From assembly GCA_002269645.1 (NCBI GenBank), contig NIVC01000215.1:620001-684000 (forward strand): a stretch of DNA of 64,000 nt, given 5' to 3'. The stretch's first letter is position 1; each line of letters begins with the position of its first letter. The DNA comes from Macrostomum lignano. Its lineage: Eukaryota. This document shows positions 46,993 through 57,491 of the stretch, in pieces. The position numbers and the translations under genes were made by a program. A model generated the notes under the pieces. That model saw only the letters and a list, made by a program, of their open reading frames with translations. It searched no databases and was not told the origin of the DNA.

Positions 46993-49900
46993 ATGGACAA
47001 TTTGTCCGACGGTAAGTATTATGTAGCTTATTCAGCTAATTTTATATCTTTTTAAATTGTAGGCTTGAGATTGGAGGTAAGACTGAGATTAGTTGAGACT
47101 AAAATGAAATTTAAGGCTGAGATGAGAGTTAATTAAGACTGAGATGAAGGTGGAGACTGAGATGAAGGTTAATTAAGACTGAGATGAAGGTGGAGACTAA
47201 GATGAAGGTTAAGACTGAGATGAAGGTTAACACTGAGATGAAGGTTAACAATGAGATGAAGGTTGAGACTGAGATGAAGATGACATTGAGATGAAGGTTG
47301 AGACTGAGATGAAGATGACATTGAGATGAAGGTTGAGACTGAGAGGTAGGTTGGGACAGACGAACAGGATGAGAGTGAGATGAAAGTTGACGGTGAGATG
47401 TACAAGATGCACAAGGGAGCTGGAGGTTGCAAAAGGTGTAGCAGAGGTTGAGAATGAGATAATGTTTGAGAAATTTTACATGTAAATTGAAACTAAGATG
47501 TACACGTGGTTTGAGAAAGATGAGGATGCAGAGGGTGATGAAGATTGAGAATCAGTTCTGAGTTAATTATCCATGCAAAGTCCCAATGATGCGCTTTATA
47601 GGCCTGAGAAATCTCTGCCAGCCCTGTGACAAGGCGCCCGAGAAGTCCGAATCTACAGACAAAAAAGTCGATTTAAAAGAAGAAAAAGTCCAGTACAATG
47701 TCGACGAGGCGGTGGAGTATTTTGGCTGCGGCAGGTTTCAGATTCGGGTGACTGCAATTTCTGGAATTTTGAATGTGAGATCTTCGTAGCATTTTCTGTT
47801 TTGATCATTTATAACTACCCAATGCAGTTGCTATGCGAACCCGTTGTTATGGTGCCCGTGAGTAGGGGTGAGCTTTTTTGCTATGGTACAGCATCCTGTG
47901 GTACCCTGGTAGTACCTATGGTACCCCGTTGTTATGGTTACCCTGTTGCTATCGTACCCCGTTGCAATGGTACCCCGTTGCTATGGTACCTGTCGCTATG
48001 GTATCCGTTGTTGTGGTAACCCCGTTGCTATGGTACCCCGTTGCTATGATACCCCGTTACTATGGTACCCCGTTGCTATAGTACCTCGTTGCTACGGTAC
48101 CTCGTTGCTACGGTACCCCATTGCTTTGGTACCCCGTTGCTATGGTATCCCGTTGCTATGCGAACCCGTTGTTATGGTGCCCGTGAGTAGGGGTGAGCTC
48201 TTTTGCTATGATACAGCATCCTGTGGTACCCTGGTAGTACCTATGGTACCCCGTTGTTATGGCAGCCCGTTGCTATGTTTCTCCGTTGCAATGGTACCCA
48301 GTTGCTATGGTACCTGTCGCTACGGTATCCGTTGTTGTGGTAACCCCGTTGCTATGGTACCCCGTTTCTATGGTACCCCGTAGCTATGGTACCCCGTTCC
48401 TATGGTACCCCGTAGCTATGGTACCCCGTAGCTATGGTACCCCGTAGCTATGGTAATCCGTTGCTATGGTATTTTTCGCAATGCATCCCAGTTGTTATCA
48501 TACCTTGGTTACTTATGCAACTAAAGGCTGCCGACGCCATGGAGATGCTGCTATTAGCCATACTTGGCCCGACTTTGCGCTGCGAGTGGCACCTGAGTCA
48601 CGCCCAAGTCGCCGCCATGACCACCTTCGTGTTCATCGGCATGCTGCTCGGTGCGTCGGTCTGGGGCGCCGCTGCCGACAAAGTCGGCCGTCGAACCGTC
48701 CTGTTGGTCAGCACGGCGCTCATCGCCTACTTCGGCCTGCTGTGCTCGGCAGCCCCGAGCTACGCCTGGGTGGTTACCCTGCGCTGTTTTGTCGGGTTCA
48801 ACATCGGCGGCGGCGCGCAGAGCTACACCCTGCTGACTGAGTACCTGCCGCACCGTACTCGAGTAGCCGCTATTGTCAGCAACCTGCTGAGCTGGTGCGC
48901 TGGCGGCATCTTCCTGGTGCTGACGGCTTGGGCGATTGTGCCGACACTGGGCTGGCGCTGGCTCACCGCGTTGGCAGCGGCGCCGCTGGCTCTGGTGCTG
49001 CCGCTGATGCTGGTGAGTGGACGTTTCTTGGAATGCGTGTAGCTTATAGCTCGACACGTTTCTTAAAAAAAGAAGCAGCGAAATTAACTTAATGCTTTGA
49101 AAATCTGTTTCTTAGAATTGTTACATGGTTTTCTTTGAAATCGTGTTTCCTAAAATGTGCTAAAGGAAGCGTGTTTCCTAGAATGTGATATCTAGGATAT
49201 CGTGTTTCCTAGAATGTGATACCTAGGATAGCGTATTTCTTAGAATGTGAAAAAGAACAGCGTGTTTCCTAGAATTTGATAAAAGGATAGCGTGTTTCCT
49301 AGAATGTGATAAAGGATAGCGTGCTTCCTAGAATGTGATATTTAGGATAGCGTGTTTCCTAGAATGTGATATTTAGGATAGCGTGTTTCCTAGAATGTGA
49401 TACCTAGGATAGCGTGTTTCTTAGAATGTGAAAAAGGATAGCGTGTTTCCTAGAATGTGATAAAGGACTGCGTGTTTCCTAGAATGTGATAAAGGATTGC
49501 GTGTTTCCTAGAATGTGATAAAGGATTGCGTGTTTCCTAGAATGTGATAAAGGATTGCGTGTTTCCTAGAATGTGATAAAGGATTGCGTGTTTCCTAGAA
49601 TGTGAAAAAGAACAGCGTGTTTCCTAGAATGTGATAAAGGATTGCGTGTTTCCTAGAATTTGATAAAGGATTGCGTGTTTCCTAGAATGTGATAAAGGAT
49701 TGCGTGTTTCCTAGAATGTGAAAAAGAACAGCGTGTTTCCTAGAATGTGATAAAGGATTGCGTGTTTCATAGAATTTGATAAAGGATAGCGTGTTTCCTA
49801 GAATGTGATAAAGGATAGCGTGTTTCCTAGAATGTGATAAAGGATTGCGTGTTTCCTAGAATGTGATAAAGGATTGCGTGTTTCCTAGAATGTGATAAAG

Positions 49901-52900
49901 GATTGCGTGTTTCCTAGAATGTGATAAAGGATAGCGTGTTTCCTAGAATGTGATAAAGGATTGCGTGTTTCCTAGAATGTGAAAAAGAACAGCGTGTTTC
50001 CTAGAATGTGATAAAGGATTGCGTGTTTCCTAGAATTTGATAAAGGATTGCGTGTTTCCTAGAATGTGATAAAGGATAGCGTGTTTCCTAGAATGTGATA
50101 AAGGATTGCGTGTTTCCTAGAATGTGATAAAGGATAGCGTGTTTCCTAGAATGTGAAAAAGAACAGCGTGTTTCCTAGAATTTGATAAAGGATTGCGTGT
50201 TTCCTAGAATTTGATAAAGGATTGCGTGTTTCCTAGAATGTGATAAAGGATTGCGTGTTTCCTAGAATGTGATAAAGGATTGCGTGTTTCCTAGAATGTG
50301 ATAAAGGATTGCGTGTTTCCTAGAATGTGATAAAGGATTGCGTGTTTCCTAGAATGTGATAAAGGATAGCGTGTTTCCTAGAATGTGATAAAGGATTGCG
50401 TGTTTCCTAGAATGTGATAAAGGATAGCGTGTTTCCTAGAATGTGATAAAGGATAGCGTGTTTCCTAGAATGTGATAAAGGATAGCAGGTTTCCTAGAAT
50501 GTGATAAAGGATTACGTGTTTCCTAGAATTTGATATCTATAGGATAGCGTGTTTCCTAGAATGTGATATCTATAGGATAGCGTGTTTCCTAGAATGTGAT
50601 AAAGGATTGCGTGTTTCCTAGAATTTTCCTTGTATCGTACGAAAGTTTTAAATATTAGTTTTTTCTTAGACTGGATGTTAAAATTAATTTTTATTATCAT
50701 AGACTCGTATCGTCTAGATCACTTTGCTTAAAATCAGGCACCCACACGCAACAAGTGTCTGCTGCGTACATTTCTGGGTCAATGCTTATAGCAATCAATT
50801 TGGCTCATTTTTTCTTCAAGCTTTTTCTACCTGAATCGCTTCGCTACCTGTTGGCTTCCGGCCGGGAAGTGGAAGCAGCCAAAGTGATGGAGCTCATGGC
50901 CAAGGAAAACGGGCGACCACCTCTGCCAGGAGAGCTGGTGTCCCAGCAGTTCACGGATGCTGTGAGTGACTAAGATTTTAATATCGGCTTAGCGACTCAG
51001 CGTTTCACTTTTCACGATTTCCTTCATTAAGTTTCAATATACTTATCACCTTATAGTCATTCTCTAATAGACTCTCATCAAATCCCAATAAGGTGACACT
51101 TATCAAATCCCCAATAATGTCACTCTCATCAAATCCCAATAATGTCACTCTCATCAAACTTCAATAATGTCAATCTCATCAAATCCCAATAATGTCACTC
51201 TCATCAAACCCCAATAATGCGACTCTCAAAAAATCGAAACAAGGCGACTCCTAAAACCCCAAAAGGTGACATTAATCAAATCCCAATAGTGTGACTCTCA
51301 TCAAATCCCAATAGTGTGACTCTCATCAAATTCCAGTAATAATGTGACTCTCATCAAATCCCAATAGTGTGACTCTCATCAAATACCAATAATGTGACTC
51401 TCATCAAATCCCCAATAATGCGACTCTCATCAAATCTCAATAGTGTGACTCTCATCAAATCCCAATAATGTGAGTCTCAAAAAATCGAAACAAGGCGATT
51501 CCTAAAACCCCAATAGGTGACATTAATCAAATCCCAATAATGTGACTCTCATCAAATCCCAGTAATAATGTGACTCTCCCATGTAATAATGTGACTCTCA
51601 TCAAATCCCAATAATGTCACTCTCATCAAATCCCAGTAATAATGCGACTCTCATCAAATCCCAATAATGTGAGTCTCATCAAATCCCAATAATGTGAGTC
51701 TCATCAAATCCCAATAATGTGAGTCTCATCAAATCCCAATAATGTGAGTCTCATCAAATCCCAGTAAAGTGACTCTCATCAAATCCCCAATAATGCGACT
51801 CTCATCAAATCTCAATAGTGTGACTCTCATCAAATCCCAATAGTGTGACTCTCATCAAATCCCAAGAATGTGAGTCTCAAAAAATCGAAACAAGGCGATT
51901 CCTAAAACCCCAATAGGTGACATTAATCAAATCCCAATAAGGCGACTCTCATCAAATCCCAATAATGTGACTCTCATCAAATCCCAATAGTGTGACTCTC
52001 ATCAAATTTCAATAATGCGACTCTCATCAAATCCCAATAATGTGACTCTCATCAAATCCCAATAATGTGACTCTCATCAAATCCCAGTAATAATGTGACT
52101 CTCATCAAATCCCAATAGTGTGACTCTCATCAAATTTCAATAATGCGTCTCTCATCAAATTTCAATAATGCGACTCTCATCAAATCCCAATAATGTGACT
52201 CTCATCAAATACCAATAATGTGACTCTCATCAAATTTCAATAATGCGACTCTCATCAAATCCCAATAGTGTGACTCTCATCAAATCCCCAATAATGTGAC
52301 TCTCATCAAATAGCAATAATGTGACTCTCATCAAATCCCCAATAATGCGACTCTCATCAAATCTCAATAGTGTAACTCTCATCTAATCCCAACAGTGTGA
52401 GTCTCAAAAAATCGAAACAAGGCGATTCCTAAAACCCCAATAGGTGACATTAATCAAATCCCAATAAGGCGACTCTCATCAATTCCTAATAAAAAAGCAA
52501 TTCTCGCATTCCCCCGCAGTCGCGCAGAGGTCACGTGAGTCAGCTGTTTCACAGCAGCATCCGCAGGGTGACGCTTACCCTGTTCCCAATCTGGTTCACC
52601 ATCGCGTTCACTTACTACGGGATCATCCTGCTAAGCTCGGATGTGACGTCATTTAAACAGCGCTGCCTGTCTGACAACTCCCCAGCGCGAGACAGTTCAA
52701 TAGTGGACACGTCCTGCTGCCGCAATCTAAATTCGCAAGATTATAAATCTATTCTGTTGGCATCGACTGGCGAGTTGGTTATTCTGCCGTTCAATCTGAT
52801 ACTGCTGGATCGAATTGGACGTCGACCAACCGCTGCGCTGCTGTTCATTGCTGCTTCAATATTTATCGGGCTTGTATCAGCCTGCGTACCAGCCTGGACC

Positions 52901-54008
52901 ACAACGGCATTCCTGTTCTTGACCAGGGGATGCGCTGCCGCTCTGTTTAACTGGTGCTACCTGTACACTGCTGAGGTGATCTAGTAGAGATAAAGGGGAA
53001 CCCGGGGGCTTGATAATGCTACCTGTACACTGCTGAGGTGATCTAGTAGAGATGAAGGGGAACCCGGGGGCTTGATAATGCTACCTGTACACTGCTGAGG
53101 TGATCTAGTAGAGATGAAGGGGAACCCTGGGGCTTGATAATTGTACCTGTACACTGCTGAGGTGATCTAGTAGAGATGAAGGGGAACCCTGGGATTTGAT
53201 AATGCTACCTGTACACTGCTGAGGTGATCTAGTAGAGATGAAGGGGAACCCGGGGGCTTGATAATGCTACCTGTACACTGCTGAGGTGATCTAGTAGAGA
53301 TGAAGGGGAACCCGGGGGCTTGATAATGCTACCTGTACACTGCTGAGGTGATCTAGTAGAGATGAAGGGGAACCCGGGGGCTTGATAATTGTACCTTACC
53401 TGTACACTGCTGAGGTGATCTAGTCGAGATGAAGGGGAACCCGGGGGCTTGATAATTGTACCTGTACACTGCTGAGGTGATCTAGTCGAGATGAAGGGGA
53501 ACCCGGGGGCTTGATAATTGTACCTTACCTGTACACTGCTGAGGTGATCTAGTAGAGATGAAGGGAACCCTGGGGCTTGATAATTGTACGCTCGTACCTG
53601 TACACTAATGAGGTGATGTAGGAGAAGGTGAATCATGGTGCTAACTGTTCTTTTCAGTGTTATTTCACATCTGAGTGAAAGTGAGTGGAAGTTTCGGCAA
53701 ATGATAAAAAGCAGAGAACCTGTCTCCCCCAGGTTTATCCAACATCAATCCGAAGCCTTGGTATCGGCCTACACTCAGCCGTGGCCCGGGTTGGTTCTAT
53801 GCTGACGCCTCTAGTAGCTCAGGTGCTGCTACCTCAGGTGAGCGTTAGCCTAGCATTTTCAACGTACATTGGACTCAACCTGGCCTGTTGCTGTCTGGCC
53901 ATATCACTTCCGGTGGAGACTCTGGGCCGTGCGATGCAACAGTCGATAATAGTTGACGATTCCTCGACTACTGCCGCGGCTTCCGGTGTCAATGAGAAAA
54001 AAGATTAA
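46993..54008 (+). CDS. SVOP: SVOP-like MFS transporter (6 coding exons, ~516 aa)
   Basis: Exons 46993-47011, 47602-47774, 48527-49012, 50821-50961, 52520-52975, 53733-54008, phase-consistent. Motifs YNVDEAVEYFGCGRFQ, ADAMEMLLLAILGPTLRCEW, ADKVGRR, LPESLRYL, LDRIGRR, YTAEVYPTSIRSLG, LPVETLGRAM. The tiny first exon is the least certain. Confidence 0.92.
47070..47350. repeat. Degenerate ~18-bp minisatellite gagactgagatgaaggtt
   Basis: Tandem copies in SVOP intron 1. Confidence 0.8.
47815..48470. repeat. 16-bp minisatellite gttgctatggtacccc with a duplicated ~325-bp block
   Basis: SVOP intron 2. The block gttgctatgcgaacccg..gtgagtaggggtgagct recurs at ~47827 and ~48152. Confidence 0.88.
49165..50625. 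repeat. 29-bp minisatellite gcgtgtttcctagaatgtgataaaggat(a/t)
   Basis: About 50 copies in SVOP intron 3. Confidence 0.95.
51065..52490. repeat. 25-bp minisatellite ctctcatcaaatcccaataatgtga with a recurring ~60-bp spacer block
   Basis: SVOP intron 4. The block ctcaaaaaatcgaaacaaggcga.. recurs four times (~51225, 51476, 51876, 52402). Confidence 0.93.
52957..53620 (+). repeat. 62-bp tandem repeat that includes the SVOP exon end and 5' splice site
   Basis: Unit ctacctgtacactgctgag|gtgatctagtagagatgaaggggaacccgggggcttgataatg. GT positions 52976 (used), 53038, 53100, 53162, 53224, 53286, 53348, 53415, 53477, 53544, 53613. Confidence 0.95.
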
Positions 54009-54465
54009 CAACCATATAATACCGTGAAAATAACGGCACCGTTAAAGACCGTTAAAGCCAAAGGCAACTCCGAAGTTATTGCGCGCGTATTGCATGACAA
54101 GATTCGTTAGCCGTACGATCGTAGAGGTTAAAGAAAAATATTAAAAACGTCTCTTGTAAGACTGTAACGAAAGTTTTTGACAACTCGGTATTGCCGTCGT
54201 TAAAAGTTATTTTCTTTCTTAGTAGAGCAACTAAGTAAACTGTAACTTCTCAAAGACACTCGCGCTTCTTGACAATCGTAAGAACCTTGCAAAAATTTAT
54301 CCTATGACATGCAGTTGTGAGGCACAGTGATTTTTTAAAATAAGCTCCTTGTTTTATACACTGTATCGTGTATACACTGACATACGAGCCGCATTCACCA
54401 ACAACCTTTCGTGTCCAGTGCCGAGTGCCGAATGCCGACATACAGAATGGTCTACCGATAGCGAT

Positions 54466-54896
54466 GGGAGCACGAGAATTTCCCGCAGGAAGTCTCCTGC
54501 CGAGGTTTTCCCGCAACGAGGTTTTCCTGAGGGAGGTTTTCCCGCCGAGATTTTTCAGTAGGGGTTTCCAGTCGGATTTTAAAGTCCTTAAATTCAGTCT
54601 GTAAACTATTCTATACTAGATTAGACTTGATTAGAACTAGACTAGACTACACTACACTATACTAGGCTGAACTATAGACTTAGACTATACTAGACTAGAC
54701 TATAGAATATACTAGACTAGACTATACTGGACTAGACTATAGATTAGAACTAGACTAGACTGGACTAGATTAGATTAGAACTAGACAGATTAGAACTAGA
54801 CTAGACTAGCGATTTCAAATCCGACTGGATTAGACTTAAAATTCCGACTGGAAACCCCTGCTGGAAAATCTCGCTGCGGGAAAATGGCATAGACCC
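54466..54896. mobile_element. Small foldback/Mutator-like MITE with internal (ACTAG)n satellite
   Basis: Exact 8-bp TSD atagcgat (54458-54465 and 54897-54904). Inverted arms (ttttcccgc.., ggggtttccagtcgga). Ends GGGAGCA and (reverse complement) GGGTCTA. Confidence 0.85.
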
Positions 54897-54939
54897 ATAG
54901 CGATATAAAAAATTGAATCGTTAATTGATTACACCTAGG

Positions 54940-55222
54940 GCAAATGTGCAACCGACAGCTCAGCCGCAGCTATTGCGCGGCGCATCTGAACTGAAGGCTG
55001 CGTACGCCGTACGGTTGCTCAGTCCAGCGACTGGGGGTCGCCACACCCACTCTTAATTACCCTAGCTAATGCTTGGTATCCATTTTACAGCTGGGTGAAC
55101 TGAAGCAACACAGAGTTAAGTTTCTTGCTCAAGGACAACAAATTGTTCCGAGTGGATCAGGAATCGAACCCCCAACCTTTCTGTCATGAGTCCGACGCTC
55201 TAACCACAAGGCTACAACCCCC
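54940..55222 (-). mobile_element. tRNA-derived SINE with a CORE/Meta-type central domain
   Basis: Minus strand shows A box TGGTTAGAGCG, B box GGTTCGATTCC, then CCTTGAGCAAGAAACTTAAC..CAGTTCACCCAGCTGTAAAATGGATACC. The 3' limit is approximate. Confidence 0.75.
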
Positions 55223-55989
55223 CCCCCCTTATTAACCTTGATACGAGTATACAGTGCAAATATCAAAAAGCAAACCAACCAAATAGCACAAAACACACGC
55301 TCAAACCCCAGCGGAGATAATTGATCAATAAAATGGGGTTGGGTTGGGTAAGGAAAGATTAGGGGGGTGGGCTAGGGGTTTACCGGAAAATCGATAATCA
55401 GCTATATCCCAAGCACGCGTAGGGGGTGACAGCGGATGGGGTATCAGTATCAGGAAAGTGAGGGTTCGCGAGGTTGAGGGGTAGTAGGGTGACAAGTAAA
55501 TCGAAATGCCTTACCCACCCCGATCGAGAAGGAAGGAAAATAAAGCGAGCAATAAAAGTCTGGCTTCAACGAGACAGACAACACGCGGTAGCTTGTTAGA
55601 GGAGGTTGTGTGCATATATAGAGCAGACTAGAATTTCTAGAAAATCGATAAGCCGATAAAGAAATTAACGGGCTAATTATTGATAGAGTTGGGTTAAATG
55701 ATCTGAAGCTTTCAATAATAAAGTAGAACAGAATAAAATATTTTGCAAACAAGAAACTGACAGTTGAGCTCTGAATTGGAGTGTGATTTGCGGACTTATA
55801 AGACGTCCTTTTTTACATGCCAGAGGGTGTAGTTTAGTATGTATGTACAACTAACAACTACATGTAACTTCAACTATTTTATCAATGCAGTTCTACTCGT
55901 ATAAGCTAGAAACCCAAATGATGCTCAAATTGATTGAGAAATAGTTTTGTGGACAATGGGAAAGCTTCCCGTAAATTTGTTTGTTCCAT

Positions 55990-56075
55990 ACCGGGATTGG
56001 CCCGGGACCCGGGATTGGGTCGATTTTTTGTCCGGGATCCCGGGATTGTAAAATTTCCGGGATTTGGGACCCCTA
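55990..56075 (-). mobile_element. hAT-like terminal fragment with ATCCCGGGAT subterminal motifs (a related cluster lies at 56772-56890)
   Basis: Minus strand begins TAGGGGTCCCAAATCCCGG. No partner TIR or TSD identified. Confidence 0.4.
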
Positions 56076-57491
56076 CATGCCAGTATCAGCTCAGGAAAAT
56101 CATTGTGATGTAACCTGGGGAATGATAGCTTACAGAGCTATGGCCCGAGGTACTGATACCAGGGTAGTGGGGGATCAGACCTAGATGGAGAATTGATATA
56201 GCTTGGGTTGCGGTCCGATAGCAAGGTCCCACTATTCTAATCCCAACTACGACCAAGGAGTTTAGAAGGTATAGACTGCTTAAAGTACGACTTAGTTCTG
56301 CCACCATCCCTATACTGGGCACCTAAAGGGTGTCCTGACAGTGCTGATAATGTCTTTCGCATTGGGGAGCTTCTGATCTGCGCAAGGCTTTAGCTGGGTT
56401 AGAGATAGAGGGAGACCTCAAATGAACAATGATTTGACTCCCATCTGGCAAGCTATAGCGCTGTGATCGGAAACAATGAGGGATTGGCTTCTAAAGCTCG
56501 TATTGCTGTAGGCTCTGTGCACAGGATTTAGTCTTTTAGAATAATAATTACATTAGTCTGCGAGTATCATATGCATACAGCTGCACGTACATGAAATCTA
56601 CGATCTGCCAACAACTTCAGTTTTGCATCACTGCAGCCCTAGCCTTCTCACTCGCCTGCATGATTAAAAGATTAATAAATCAAAGCAGACCAACTGGGTT
56701 GTGATTTTCTCCTGACAAGTAGCTCAGCTGCAGATACTACTACTCGAGAATAAATGATTGAATTATTGCGAACCGGGATCGGGATCCCAATGGTCAATCC
56801 TGGGATTTTCGAATCCCGGACAAGTTTGATCCCGGGATTCAGAATCCCAGGATTTAGGTCTAATCTCGGGATTCCGGGATCCCGGGATTATGTTCCCAAA
56901 CTTCACCCATTCCACTCGCTTGTACAAATGTATAACACTCGTATACTTAACAGAAAAATTAACATAACGAAGGGTTTCTATAATTATTTAATACACTTAA
57001 ATATGCTGTGAAAAACACGCGCAATTTGTTGAGAGAGAAAATGAGAAAACAGATTGCTTTTTTTTCGAGCTCGAGTTTTTTCATACGAGCTATCGAAGGG
57101 GAGCTTTAAGAGTTCTATTGTAGTTTGTAAGACATATTCAGTCATATTCAGGTAACAAGAACTTGAGAATCAAACATATGTCCTATGATATCAAAAGTTT
57201 TCTAGTTGGGGTGATTTTTCACAAACCATAGCGAATCGCTCAATCAGTGAACAAGAGTGTCAGAATCACATTTAGAGAAATACTGGTACTACACGCTTTA
57301 ATAAGACTATTTTTAAACATTTGCGTCGTCTCAGCATGTGTTTTTTTTTTCTATTTTGTGTGGTGCGACTCTATCTGGGCAGATAAAGTGTAGCAGTTTC
57401 GATATAAAATAAATGCAAACGAGAATCCAAATGATTCTATTTGGTATTTAAGAATTATTAATTAACAGCTAGAATAAGCGACGGCTTGAGA

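Noticed and set aside
56076-56480. Decayed retroelement or dUTPase-like coding remnant
   Set aside because: It has multiple stops and no motif I can identify with confidence.
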